NCBI RefSeq assembly: GCF_038025025.1
Contig: NW_027117346.1
Coordinates: forward strand, 434,001 to 498,000
DNA: 64,000 nucleotides
Direction of reading: 5' to 3'
Source: Phyllosticta citribraziliensis
Taxonomy: Eukaryota
Every line of letters starts with the position of its first letter. Positions within the stretch are counted from its first letter, which is position 1. The notes beneath the pieces are model-generated. The model saw only the letters and a program-made list of their open reading frames with translations. It was not told where the DNA came from and made no database searches. A program made the translations under genes and the position numbers. Shown piece after piece: positions 34,652 to 46,817 of the stretch.

Positions 34652-37029
34652 ATGCTCATTGAATCCGTCCAGGTCTCCGTCGCCGTGTCTGCTGTCGTCT
34701 CCGCCTTCAACAACGGAGCCGGTCTGCTTCACGCCCTGCGCAAGTCCCGTGTCCGCAGGAGGAGAGGCGAAGAGGGCTTCAAGGAAAAGGTCTTGCTCGA
34801 CTCCCTCCTCAGCGGTGAAAAGGCAATCGACGAGCACTATGCCGCCTTGTGCAAGGAGTTTGGCAAGCCTGCTCGCTCTGGTGATGGTGAGGTGGTGCCA
34901 CCCCGAGCGGGAGAGCCTTGAGCTAATTTGTTCGTCCAGCCATTGCGCGTGATCGCCTCTTGCACGTTGCCGTCTCCATGCAGCCAGAGGTCATTCGAAG
35001 CCTGCAGATTGCGACGCGCAACGACTCGGCAATTCTCGATTTTACAAAGCTACACGAAGCTTCGGTCATGCTCCGTCGCGATGCTCTCGAGGCCCTGGCA
35101 GACTTTCGCCAACGACTGGCCGACGAGCATCCATCCAGCCCGACCATCCCGCCCTACTCCACTCATCGGTCTTTGAGCAGCAGCCAAAACTCAACCTTGT
35201 CTAGCCCTTTCCAGCGCTCGCGATCCTCGAGCTACTTTTCCTGCGCGGACGTCCCTCCGACTGTCACCATTCTCCATGGAGACGATGCAAAGGCGAGCAG
35301 GCTCTCTCGCGTCTTTTCGCGCCGAAGGAGCAACTCGGCCCGCAGCTCCGTCAAGCCCGCGCGTGGCCTGACTCGAATGAGTTCGGCCGTCAGCCTGTCC
35401 AACAACCAATCCTGGGTTTCGTCCCACAAGGCCGACGAAAATCAAGATATGCTTAGTCCCCTTCCGCAGGCGTCTCCGGTTGAAGTTCCGCCGCGACGCA
35501 GGCCGTTGATGGATCCTCTCCCGCCGCCACCGCCACCTCCGGCCTATTCGCCGCGTCGCCGGAGCAAGTACATCGGACTGGACGAAAAGGCGGCCGAATC
35601 TGTTCCTCGTCGTCCTGAACATCCACTGGAGAGGCAAGCTCGCGATTCTGACGACTCTTACGACCAAGATGACGCCGAAATTTCCCCCGTGTCCGAGCCA
35701 GACTCGCGTCAGGATTCGGTCATGCCATCTCCAGGGGACACCAAGTCCACCGAGGAGCTCGACCGGGCCTTTACTGACGTCGCTCAGCGTTTGAATATGA
35801 GGGAAAATGCGGAAGCGCGCCCCAATTCCTGGGAAAGCTCCTCTGCTTCTGTCTCGTCGGCTAGTGTCTACTCGACCGAGGAGAGCATTCAACAAGACAA
35901 TACAACCGTCGCGTCGACGGCCTATACATCATCGCATCACTCTCCTTCTGGTAGCCGTACGTCTGAAGAAGTCAAGAGCGTTGCCCCATATAGCGCCAAG
36001 TCGCCACCCCTGGCTCGTCACAGCTACACTTCCATTGTCAACAGTACGCCGTACTCTGAGATTCCTGCGGCACCCGCTGCAGCCCATCCTGTGAGGCGCC
36101 CAACCGCTATTCGCTCCATACGCTCCATACGTTCGTACTACGGTGGTCACCGCCACGCGAGCAGTGAACCGACTCCTCCACTCCCTACCTCTCCGCTGTC
36201 TTCATTCTTTTCCAAGCCTTTTGTCGGCCCTCGTATGCAAGATGGACCGTGCAAGCAAAATGGCTACTACAACTTTTGCAAGGGTGCCTGGAACCTCCGC
36301 GAAGACTTCAAGAAAGGGCTCGTGATTCACGCCAAGCCCCTAGGCATGTATACTTCTGCCATGGTCTGGAGGTGCAAGAGCTGCGCTTTTGAGGGGCCTG
36401 CCTGGGTCAAGGGCAAGCCTTACCGTACTGACCCCAACGTCTACACGTTCGAGTGTCGCGTCCCTAGCGGTCCCAACTCGGACACCACTTTGCTTGTCAA
36501 CATCCGTTACAAGTGGATATTTTTGGCCAAGTCGCACGTCAAGGTAAAGCCAAACGGTCTGTTCCGTCGATCGACCCTCTCGGCATCGAGTCTGTCTTCC
36601 GGCTACTCCAGCGCAGCTGCCAACCCCCATGTCCAGCAAAACCTCGTCCTACGCGCGTTCTACATTCCTCCGCCCGCCTCCGCCGGTACCTCCGTTTCCC
36701 ACCGCAGCCGCAGCCGCAGCAGGTCTCCGTCGATGCCGTCACTCATGGCTGCCGCATCCAGGGCTGAGCAGGATCCTCCCAAGCAAAACGATCGCTACTT
36801 GCGCAAGACCGGCCACAACTTTGGCTGCATCTTTTGCTGCGCCGAGGGACGAGTGACGAGCGTATTTGGCAGCTTGGAACTGATGCTCAGACACGTGGCC
36901 GAAACGCATGCGCAGCCGGGCGTGCTCACAGTCGACGTCATGGAACGAACAAAATGCGTGGCGGGTCGCAGTCCCGGTCCTGGCGAAGAGTGCGATGTCT
37001 GGTGGACGGCAGTCGAGCAAGACTCGTAA
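34652..37029 (+). CDS. Conserved fungal hypothetical protein: N-terminal helical domain, long Ser/Pro-rich linker and C-terminal Cys/His (zinc-binding-like) domain (exons 34652-34886, 34940-37029)
   Basis: Intron GTGAGG 34887..CAG 34939 joins MLIESVQVSVAVSAVVSAF...FGKPARSGD to AIARDRL. C-terminal motifs FCKGAW, WRCKSCAFEG, RYKWIFLAKSHV and FGCIFCC...HVAETH. Confidence 0.75.
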
Positions 37030-39064
37030 TGTTTCACACGCAAGGGAAGATGACGGGACGACGACGACGCGGAAGACCGCGGATCCATGACAAACACGAT
37101 GCAACGCCGCAGGGATCTCGCGCAGAAGCGGACGCAGAGGCGGATGCCGGGCCGCCGCCAGGCGGAAACATCAAAACACTTGACCTCAGGAGACGGACGC
37201 GCGGTGACGCATCCATCCTTGCGGTGGTTGCGCATCCAGTCGGATTGGAGTGCAGCAGCAGTCCGGTCAGCGAGCTCGACTGCACGCTGATTATTCTTTC
37301 CTTTTTTCCCTTTGCCACTTTTTCTCCTCATCACTCTTCTTTTCTTCCGTCCGCTGGACCGGCTGGCTTGGGTGCGCGCGCGCATGCGTGGCTTGTCCAC
37401 ACGGCGCTTCCACACCTTGTCGAAAAACCCACTTGCCTCACCCATCATTTGTAATCCCCCAGATACCCGGACCGTTGCACCGACGACGACAGACCGACAG
37501 GCGGGCTGCTACATACCTGCTGCTGCGCTGACGGGCTGTCATCTGTCGTCCTACAACGGTCAGCTTTTTTGTCCATACTTTTGTTGTCTGTCCTACATGG
37601 ACGGCACTCACACCACCACCACGGCACGCTCTTTTTGTCCGGCTGGCTTGCACCTAGCCCCTCGACCCCAAACCAAAATCTCACACCGCACTTACCTTGC
37701 CCCTCTGGGCACAAGACACAAAACACAAACACAACCAACCCCACCCCCCCCTTTGACGACTTCCTTGTAATGATGTCTGTATGTACAGCGCTTATACCCA
37801 CACCCCACCTCTTTCGCTCTTTTACGCCGATCGATCTTTTCTTTTCCTTTCCTTTCCTTTCCTTTCCTTTCCTCTCTCTGGGTGACGCTCTCCCCCTTTC
37901 TTGTATATACTTTATTGAATGATGGGTGTTGATTGGATTGGATGGTTGGACAGATGATGGCCGGATTACTACTACAAATATTGTACCTACCTACACTACA
38001 TCTTAACTTTTATCGTCTGTTGTCTGTTGTCTGTTGGTGGCGTGCTTTTCTGGAGCGCTCTCTTGTGATCGTTGTTCGTCTCTTTTAGGTTGTTCTGATA
38101 GTTGCGCTGTGTGAGGTGTGTCTGTCTGTATGGCATGCGTGGCCTCTCCCACAGTCCCTCCCCCCTTCACGTCCACGCCACAAAATCTGCTCAATTCCTC
38201 TGTACATACATATGTAGGCTTTCTTAATCTCATAATTCACCGTCGCCCTTACTCGGCGTGCTCCTTCTCTCTGTGCCACACGACCATTAGAACAAGGTCT
38301 ACCTATCATCTCGGCAGCCAGCATTGGGCGCCAGTCCTGCCAGTCCAGGAAAACCCCTGAGGCGACGCCGAGTGCCTGAAATGGTGGAGGGGGTGGGGTG
38401 GCGATGGGCGATGGCGGGGGTGGGTACGTTGGTCTTTTGCCGACTGTGGGACGTCTCGACTGAGCGATGGGCTTTGGATATAGAGGGAGGGTGTGGTGGA
38501 TCTGTGGATCTGTGGGTCAAGTATGATGCCTGGCTTGTTGGACTAGTTTGAGTTGCTTCTGGTTACGGTGGTTGATGGTGATGCAGCTTTCTATATTCTG
38601 ACAGACTATGTGGAGCTGAAGTCATGTACACATCCGTCGCCTCGCCGTCACCGTCGCCGCTCACATGTCGCGTTTCACGCATGACACGACAAAAGGAGCG
38701 CAGCACTTGTTCTTTGTATGAATGGATTCAGCTGCTGCTGCTGCTGCTGCTGCTTCTTCTTACCGCTGCTAACCAGAGTAATGAGTATATCCAGATAGGT
38801 AAGTAAGCAGCTAGCTAGGTAGGTAGGTCGCTTGCGCTCTGCTCTGCTGTGCTCTGCGTCGTCTAATCTGCCCAAGCCACCTGATGCCATTCCATTCCGT
38901 ACCGTGCGTAGGTGGGCCTTCCTTTCCAGACTGCATCTAGGGTTCCAGAGTCCTAGTGCCATCATCCCAATCCGCCCATGCATCCCATGCGTTCGTCCAG
39001 CGTGCGTCGCGTATCATGTCGTTCCATGCATGCCATGCCATCCAAAAATACCAGAAATCCCAAC

Positions 39065-42000
39065 TCAAAACGTCTCATCGTCATCAAGGCCCTCAGCGCC
39101 AGCAGGCACATGCGACGCCGTCGCAGCACCCAGTCCCAAACCTTCCGGGCCAACGACCTCCATCTCCTCCAGCAGCGCCGAATCCTCTGCATCCGCCTCA
39201 CCATCCCCCGCTTCCACTGCATCGAGCTCCACGCCCTGCATCTCCCCGCGCTCCCTCGCAACAGCATCACCCACACTCTGCGGTCCACCTTCCGCAATGC
39301 GGCCACGACACCACCCCAGCACGGCGCTGGTGCCGCGCTGCAGGACGGTCCACGGGGGGACGCGGAAGAGATTGCCGCGCAGCTCGACGGCGCGCAGCTG
39401 GCCGCCGGCGTCCGGGTCGCCGAGGAGGCCGATCTCCGGGGGCAGGCGGGCGATGGCGTTGTTGGAGAGGTCGACGGTGGCAAGGCCGGCGAGCGCGCAG
39501 ACGCTGACGGCGTCGATTTGGTTGTCGGCCGCGAGGAGCGTCGTCAGTGCGGGGAAGGCGTCGCGGAAGATGGGGAGCACGCCGGTCAGTCGGTTGGCTG
39601 TGATATCGAGGGATGCGAGGCGCGGGGCCGAGAGGTTCGATGTCAGAGGGGTCAGGGAGGTGAGGCCGTTGGTGGCCAGGCGGAGAGAACTGAGGTAGGG
39701 GAGTTCGAGGGAGGTCGAGAGGAGCGTGGTGCTGGCGAGGCGGTTGAAGGAGAGGTCGAGAGTATTAAGGGCACTGGAGACAAGGGAGAGCGAGGAGGGC
39801 AAGGAGGTGAAGGCGTTGTGATGGAGAGTGAGGGTGCGGACGGATGAAGCAATGGGAGAAAGCTTCTCTGAGGATAGTTCGGATAGGGTTTTGGATGACA
39901 GGTCGAGCGTGCCTGCAGGGCTCGGCACCCACGAGTCTTTGGGTGGTATGACCGTCGTTGTTGGCTCCTCTACATCCGCGGCGGCGGAATGCTCCTCATG
40001 CAACGTCGGATCGAGTCTCATTTTGAGGTCCCGCTTCAACTCGCTCGTGCTCGATGTAATGAACTTGCGTTCCCGCAGCGGGTTCGCCGCCAGGTCTAGC
40101 CGCTCCAAGCTCTCCATGAGACCGACTTCGTTGTCAATCTTGCCAATGTTGTTGCCACCAAAGTTGGCATGTCGCAGCTTCTTCAGCGTTGTAAATCCAG
40201 AAGGAAGTGCGGACAGTTTGTTCTCTTCAATGAGCAAAGTAAGGAGATTGGGCCACTCCGAAAGGTCCGGCAGCTCATTGATGCGATTGACGGACAGGTT
40301 CAAAGATTGCAAAGCCGGCATGGACAACGCCGATGTGCAGAGGGCGCTTAGTGCATTGCTCGAGACGTTGAGGGTCTGCAGACGTGGCAGGCACACTACA
40401 GTGTCTGGGAACAGTGTGCCACTGAGAGAATTCTTTGATGCCTGTAGGTCGACTAGAGGCAACCCCTGAAGTATCTCGACGGGGAGATCCGAAAACGAGT
40501 TGTTTGAGAGGTGCAGTGTCTTGAGGCTGGCCAACTCCCGCAGCGAGTCTGGGAGGCGCCGTAATTTGTTCCCTTGGAGATCTAGGAGCTCGAGATTGGA
40601 CAGAGATCCAAGAGAATCCGGAAAGTCGCCATGAAGCGCATTTTCCGAAAGTCTCAGCTCTCGCACATTCTGAATTTGCGAAATGATTTGCATACAATCG
40701 TTGCCGAGTCGATTGCATGACTGTCTTGATCAGTAGATCGATCCGAGTCTTTTATGAGGGGACTCACCAAATTCAAGATTGACAAATTCTCAAGCCTTCT
40801 CAGACCAAGAGGCAGCTCGGTGAGAATGTTACCGTGGAGATCCAGCGTCTCCACGCCTCCAAACTGAGGTCCGGGAGCATCCAAGTCTTCTGCGACATCA
40901 GTGGGATCAATGTCAGGGAACAAGTCGTCAGGCAGCCTCTCGATATCATTGTCTGCCGCTATGAAGCGAACCAGGTCGACAGCCTCTGACCAGGCCGCAT
41001 TGGACTCAGGATCGTACTCGTACATGGACATGACTTGACTTGGGATTTCGCTCAAGCCCATGTTGGCAAGATTCAGCCGCCCTTCCGACCTCGCAGCAGC
41101 AACCCTCTTCTTGATAACAGCATCTCCGCCCTTGGGCATCTGATTAAAGGGGTCTTCAAAAGAATCAAAATCTGGACCCTGGACCAAAGGTTTCGCAGGC
41201 GAAGGTTGCTTCTTCGCAGCTGCCTTGGCTTTGGCTATCTGCTCTCGAAGCGCTGCAGACGAGCTCGCAGTCTTTTTGGTCGATTCCGGAGATTTCGATT
41301 CCCTTTTGGGCACAGACTTGGGCGTAGTGCGAGAAGCGGGTCTGGGTGTGACTTTCTTGGGTGGCGAAATGACTGGCGCAGTCCAAGTCTTTCCTTCACT
41401 TGGTGACGCAAGATTGACGTCTGCCGCAGGACGAGTTCGGGGTATACGTCCTATCATATTCTGTCCTGGGCTTAATGGCATTTTGGATACTCTGCTGCTG
41501 GGACTCTTGACAGGGCTCTTGACAGGGCTCTTGATGGGACTCTTGATGGGGCTCTGAAGCGGCCCATCTTCCGGACTTTGCGCTGTCGCAGGTGATCGAG
41601 GTGCAGCACTCACGCTTCTCCTGGTTGGAGTACTTGTCGACAATGACGAAGCCCCCAGAGCACCACCATAGGACGCGCGCATGCTGCTGGAAAGATATGA
41701 CATGCCGCTGGGGGTAATTGGCCTGGCCTGAGCTCCGCCGCGGAGTATAGAGTTTCTTGATTCAGGCCGCGCCGGCCTGCTCATGGCGGAAGCGGGTCTC
41801 GACGGAATGCCTCGTGGACTCGTAGGGTTCAGCCAGCTCGAATGTCGTGCGGTCGGCGACGTCGGATTTTGCATCATGATGTTCTGAATTGTCTCGGCAG
41901 CGCGATCGGACAATGAGGCGGTTGATACGTCTCTCTTCCTTGAATCAAACTGGGCTGGAAGTGTGTCAGGACCGGCAGCTCAACAAGGGGTCGATGCGCA

Positions 42001-42459
42001 CTCACACACAGGCAGCTCCTCATCGTCCCAGTCTCCCGGAGAGTCTCGGTGGCTCAGCCTTGAAGAGACGCGGAATCCATTCAAGTCACCTAGCTGGTCG
42101 TCCTCCTGCTCCACGCGTGTGGATATGGCGGCGACGGCAGGTCGTTGGATTCGCGACCGCGCCTGGCGCGACATTGGGCGCGGTGCGGGTTTCTTGAAGA
42201 CGGCGTCATCGTTTGTCGCGGAAGGCCTGGAAGTAGAACCGAGACTTGGTCGAGTCGTGGAGGCAGCGCGGCCTGGCAGTGACGAGGTTGGGCCCTTGGA
42301 AACGGCGCGCGTCGATGAAGGTGGCGGCTGAGGAGTCTGTGATGGTTTGGGTAGAGAGGAAGGAAGCGGGAGCTTGGAGCCGGAGGACTTGGTCGTGGAA
42401 GCTCGCGGGATGGCGGAGGGTCTGGGGAGCTTGGAGGAGGAGGAGGAGGAGGGATCCAT
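39065..42459 (-). CDS. Leucine-rich-repeat protein (LRRC40-like) with a disordered Ser/Pro-rich N-terminus (exons 42459-42006, 41954-~40768, ~40721-39065)
   Basis: Many LxxLxLxxNxL repeats (LELLDLQGNKLRRLP, LKTLHLSNNSF, LQSLNLSVNRINELP), LRAVELRGNLFRVPP near the end, and GTGAGT donors joining three ORFs in frame. Confidence 0.88.
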
Positions 42460-42988
42460 TGCGCGCGGTGCAAGACGGATTTGGGATGGCCTGGGTAACA
42501 GAAAGCGACGCGCTGTAAGGACAAGTCGCCAAATCACGTTTGTGGAAGAGCGTGGACAAGGGCAAGGGCAAGGGTGCAAGGCGGGAGCATTGCCGTAGAA
42601 ACCAGAAACCAGTGCAGCCACTTGCACCATACCACACCACCGCACCCACGCCCACGCCCACGCCCACCCACACCCACCCACACCCACACCGCCCTCCGCT
42701 CGCCCAAGCCCAGGCAGCTTGTCATCCACTCCAGCTGTCACTGCCCCCCGCCCTCTCCATAATCCACATTTCTTCTTTCGCATCGCATCGCATCGCCTGC
42801 ATCTCCAAGCTCGTCTCGTCGCTCACCTCGTCTCTGTCTCCACACTGCCGTTTCGTTTGCGTCGATCGGGCGTCGCCGTCGCTCTCGTTCTCCCTCTCCT
42901 CTCCGCAGCCTGTTGCCCGACCAACACCATCCCATCTTGGCGCACCGCGCCTCGCCATCGCCCTTAGCCCCCCGCCTCCCGCCGTTGG

Positions 42989-44614
42989 ATGCGCCCCGTC
43001 GCCCCGTCGCCCTCCGTCATCGTCCCCATCAACACCATGGACAGCAGGACCTCGGCCGCACAGGACCTGCTCGCCATGGCCCAGGAAGAGCGCCTTCACT
43101 CGGCCGCCCGTCTGCTCTCCGACTCGCAAGACACCCTCTCGACCCACAGCGCTTCCCAAAAGACGGAGCGCGACAAGTTTTCGTCGCCAGTCCCCGCCGC
43201 GTCCTCCATAACTCCTCCACCATCGTCCCAAGTCGCGCCCGTTGTCCCTGCCATGCGGACATCGGTCCGCACTCCCACTCCACCTACACCTGTGCTGTCG
43301 TCGCCTCCTCCGACCTCGCGCACCAGCACCCAGCTGTCCGGACCCGCCTTGTCCTTCACAACCGACCAGATTAATGGCGCTGCCGCCGAAGAGCTCAGAG
43401 ACATGGTTGGCGAGCTCCTGATAGCGCTCCGCGAGGCGCGCACCTCGGCCGCGCATCACAAGCTGCAGTACAACATGCTCAGCATCGACAGCGCCGAGGC
43501 ACAAAACCGGATGGCTGTTGAACTCGCAATGGCGCAGAGGGAGGTCGAAGTCCTTCAGCAGTCGGACGAGCGCCGTCGCAACACGACCACAACTACTGCT
43601 ATTTCTCCTCCCGCTTCTCAGGATCCTGCCGTCGCCACGGCCAACTCTGCGGTGCTGACTGAAATGACCCGCCACCTCCAAGCTGTCCAGAGTGAAAACG
43701 AGGAGCTGCGCGGAATGCTGGATCAGTCCAAGCGCGTAACTGAAAAGCGCGAGGGTGAAATTGCAAGCCTTATGGAACAAAACGAGCGTCTCCGTGGGCG
43801 CATTAGGAAAAACCGTGATCACCTCAATGGCATGTTGGGAGATGTCTACGAGGGTAACTCTCCAGTCTCGGTTACGGGCACACCGCGCTATCCCACGACA
43901 CCCCGAAGCCGTAATCGCGCACATGCCGTGGCTGATCCAGGTCGGGAGAGGCAAGCTTTTGAGGCGTTGCTCCTGGCGGACCAAATGCTCAGTGGCAAGA
44001 CGACCACAGCGCCCACCACTCCAAACAAACCAAAAGGCCGCGTGAGCCACACTCGAGGTTCGCAATCACTCTCCTCCTTGCCCACTACCCCAAACCGGAC
44101 ATCAGCGCCAACTGGTTCCCAACCCACAGTAGTAGTTCCGCGCACACCACCCACATTTCACGCCATCAATCGACCTTCTCAAACGACTTCGGCCGCCCCA
44201 GTTGCGATTCCCAGGCGCCGGGAGAGCACAGACTCGACCATCACAGCGTCGAGCGTTGGAGAAAATGTCGTCAACGAGTCGGACAAGGACACGGAAATCA
44301 TCGAGTCGCAAGCCAGCCAAATGGCTAGCAGCATGCTACGCCGCACGCCGCAGCATTTTACGAGCAGTGCATCACCACATGCCAGCCAAAGCCACAGCCA
44401 GCCGCAACGATTGACCAGTGGCTCGATGCAGACCAAGTTGTTTGGCCATGTCAAGAAGCCTGGAGTGGGTAGGCCTTCTCTTGAAAAGGAGAAACGCGGC
44501 ATCTCTAGTGTTGACGACCACCATGACGGTCGGACCCCGGCGAAGCGAGGACGCACTGAAGCGGGGATTGGCTTGGGCATTGGTGGCATGAGCGGGAGTC
44601 CCAGGCAGAGGTGA
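42989..44614 (+). CDS. Conserved fungal coiled-coil hypothetical protein (541 aa)
   Basis: Long intronless ORF with a central coiled coil (AAHHKLQYNMLSI...MAVELAMAQREVEVLQ...NERLRGRIRKNRDH) flanked by S/T/P-rich regions. No catalytic motif seen. Confidence 0.75.
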   Translation: MRPVAPSPSVIVPINTMDSRTSAAQDLLAMAQEERLHSAARLLSDSQDTLSTHSASQKTERDKFSSPVPAASSITPPPSSQVAPVVPAMRTSVRTPTPPTPVLSSPPPTSRTSTQLSGPALSFTTDQINGAAAEELRDMVGELLIALREARTSAAHHKLQYNMLSIDSAEAQNRMAVELAMAQREVEVLQQSDERRRNTTTTTAISPPASQDPAVATANSAVLTEMTRHLQAVQSENEELRGMLDQSKRVTEKREGEIASLMEQNERLRGRIRKNRDHLNGMLGDVYEGNSPVSVTGTPRYPTTPRSRNRAHAVADPGRERQAFEALLLADQMLSGKTTTAPTTPNKPKGRVSHTRGSQSLSSLPTTPNRTSAPTGSQPTVVVPRTPPTFHAINRPSQTTSAAPVAIPRRRESTDSTITASSVGENVVNESDKDTEIIESQASQMASSMLRRTPQHFTSSASPHASQSHSQPQRLTSGSMQTKLFGHVKKPGVGRPSLEKEKRGISSVDDHHDGRTPAKRGRTEAGIGLGIGGMSGSPRQR

Positions 44615-45493
44615 ATGCCCATCCCTTTTCGTTACGCATTTTCCCAAAACAGTCATTCTCAAATGGAGTCGCGGAGTTTGAGGGTGTGGATTCACGGTTA
44701 CCATGACCAACATTTCATCATCATCTCATTGCTCGCGGATACAACCCCTTTCCGCACAAATATTCTCATTCTGTATTCTGTTGGTAGGCCTGGGGGTTTC
44801 GGATTTCTTGGAGGTTGGGAGGCGACGTTTGGGTACTTTTGGGCTGGAATTTGGGATACCTTTGTGCACAGCGTGCCTTTTACTTTGCAGTAGCAGCAGC
44901 AGCAGCACTTGAGTCGCTAGCATTGGTGTCCGGCGTGTAAGCTACTGGGCCAATTGCTTTGTTTGATCCCGCAGGCGGATCGATTGTTGTGGAGGAAGAT
45001 CAGGGGACTACGTATGTAGCTACGAATCGACGAACTGAATTGATCTCGAACAGCCTGGTGCTCCCATTGTGCGTCCGTGTATCCTCAACCAAACAAAAGT
45101 CACATCACTCCCATGTCGAGCACCACCTCCGCGTCGACAGGGGGATCACCAACGCCCGGCGGGCCTCCGCTCCCGTTCCCGGACCGACCCACTCCCAAAC
45201 GGTGCCATACCGTGCCGAGCTTCCGCCAAGACACCAATGCGTCTGTACAGATTACATGTGCCTTGGCTGCCACAACTACAAACCTACCTTCATACCTTCC
45301 CAGCCCGTCTTCAGCTCACTTGCGTGCCAGCCTAGTCTTGTCTACGAAATCACCTCTCCGGACCTCGCAGCAATCGCCTTGACCGCGCCTGACCCCTGCG
45401 ATTGACGTTCCAAAAGCGGTCATTGACCGGCGGAGGACAAGACGGGCGGGACGACTAGACACCGCCGACGCATCGACTCTGTCTGTATAGCGA

Positions 45494-46817
45494 ATGGGAC
45501 ACGGCGCAGTGGTGGCGGTGGTGGAGGAAGCGAACCGCAACAGCAAGAGCACCAGAATGGGTGGAACAAGAGCTGCGGCGACATCAACAGGAGACGGGAC
45601 GCACGGGAGGAAGCGGAGATGGATGTGGAGAGGCGCCGGCAAAGGTTCGCTACTCTTGATGCTAGCGCTGGCGCTGGCACTCTGCATAGGGACAGCAGAG
45701 GCCTCGATTGGTGACCGTTTGCCGGATTTCAAGAATTGCGTCAAGGTACGTATGCGCAGTGAACGAGCGCAAGAGCTGGGGCTTGAGTGGAAGAGTTGGA
45801 GAAGAGAACGCTGAACAATGAGCGGTAGGTCTGTATCGAGGCCAATTGTGACGGGCCAGATAGGACGCACATCCGTAAGTCCATCCAGTCGAACTCCTTT
45901 TTACAAACCGTAGACTGACAAGCTCAGCTATCCACCGCCGCCTCATGCTTTGGACGTGTCCCTCCGAATGTGACTACACCTGTCAACACATCACAACGCA
46001 CCAACGCCTCGCGCGGGATCCGCCTTACCGTGAACCGATTCTCCAATTCCACGGCAAATGGCCGTTCCACCGATTTCTGGGGATGCAGGAGCCCTTCTCG
46101 GTCCTCTTCTCGCTGCTCAACTACCTCGCGCACCTGCACGGGCTGTCGCTCATTCGCTCAAACATCCCGCCATCCTACTCGCTGCGTAAATACTACATTG
46201 GTTTCGCGCTGGCAGGCATGCACGCCTGGATCTGGAGCATGCTGTTCCACACGCGCGACCTGCCCGTCACCGAGACGATGGACTACCTCGGTGCGGGCGC
46301 CAGCGTCATGTATGGCCTGTTTTATACGCCCATCCGCATCTTCCGGCTAGACGCGCAGGCGCCGCCGTGGAAGGCGTCGCTGTTGCGCCTGTGGACTCTG
46401 GGCTGCGTCGCCCTCTACATCGCGCACGTCAGCTTCCTCTTGCTCGTGCGCTGGGACTATACGTACAACATGGCGGCCAACGTCGCGGCGGGCGTCGTGC
46501 AGAACCTGCTGTGGAGCTGGTTCAGTGTTCGGCGATATCGCGCCTTGAAGCGCGGCTGGGCTGCCTGGCCCGGTTTGATTGTTGCGTGGATCATCAGCGC
46601 CATGAGTCTGGAGCTCCTCGACTTTCCGCCGTGGGGCGGCATGGTTGATGCGCATGCGCTGTGGCATGCGGGTACCATCATCCCGACTGTGTGGTGGTAT
46701 AGGTTCGTTTCGCCCTTCTTGTCTGACGCGTGAACGTTTTTGACTGACACCCCGGCGCTCAGTTTCTTGATCAAGGACGCCGAAGAAGACCTCCAGGGCG
46801 CGCGTTTGAAGGCCTAG
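45494..46817 (+). CDS. PER1: Per1/PGAP3 GPI lipid-remodelling protein (CREST superfamily), multi-exon; start codon uncertain
   Basis: Signal peptide + ASIGDRLPDFKNCV, LWTCPSECDYTCQH, QFHGKWPF.RFLGMQEPFSVLFS, WSMLFHTRD, SLELLDFPP...DAHALWH, ending FLIKDAEEDLQGARLKA*. Confidence 0.92.

Noticed and set aside
41500..41556. 12-bp repeats encoding KSPIKSPVKSPVKSP in the LRR gene
   Set aside because: Ordinary slippage repeat in a disordered region, at most proline-directed phosphosites.
42722..44065. Long antisense ORFs (also 12519-13706, 3669-4550, 6985-7764, 38978-39847, 15465-16325)
   Set aside because: Shadows of GC-rich coding sequence on the opposite strand.
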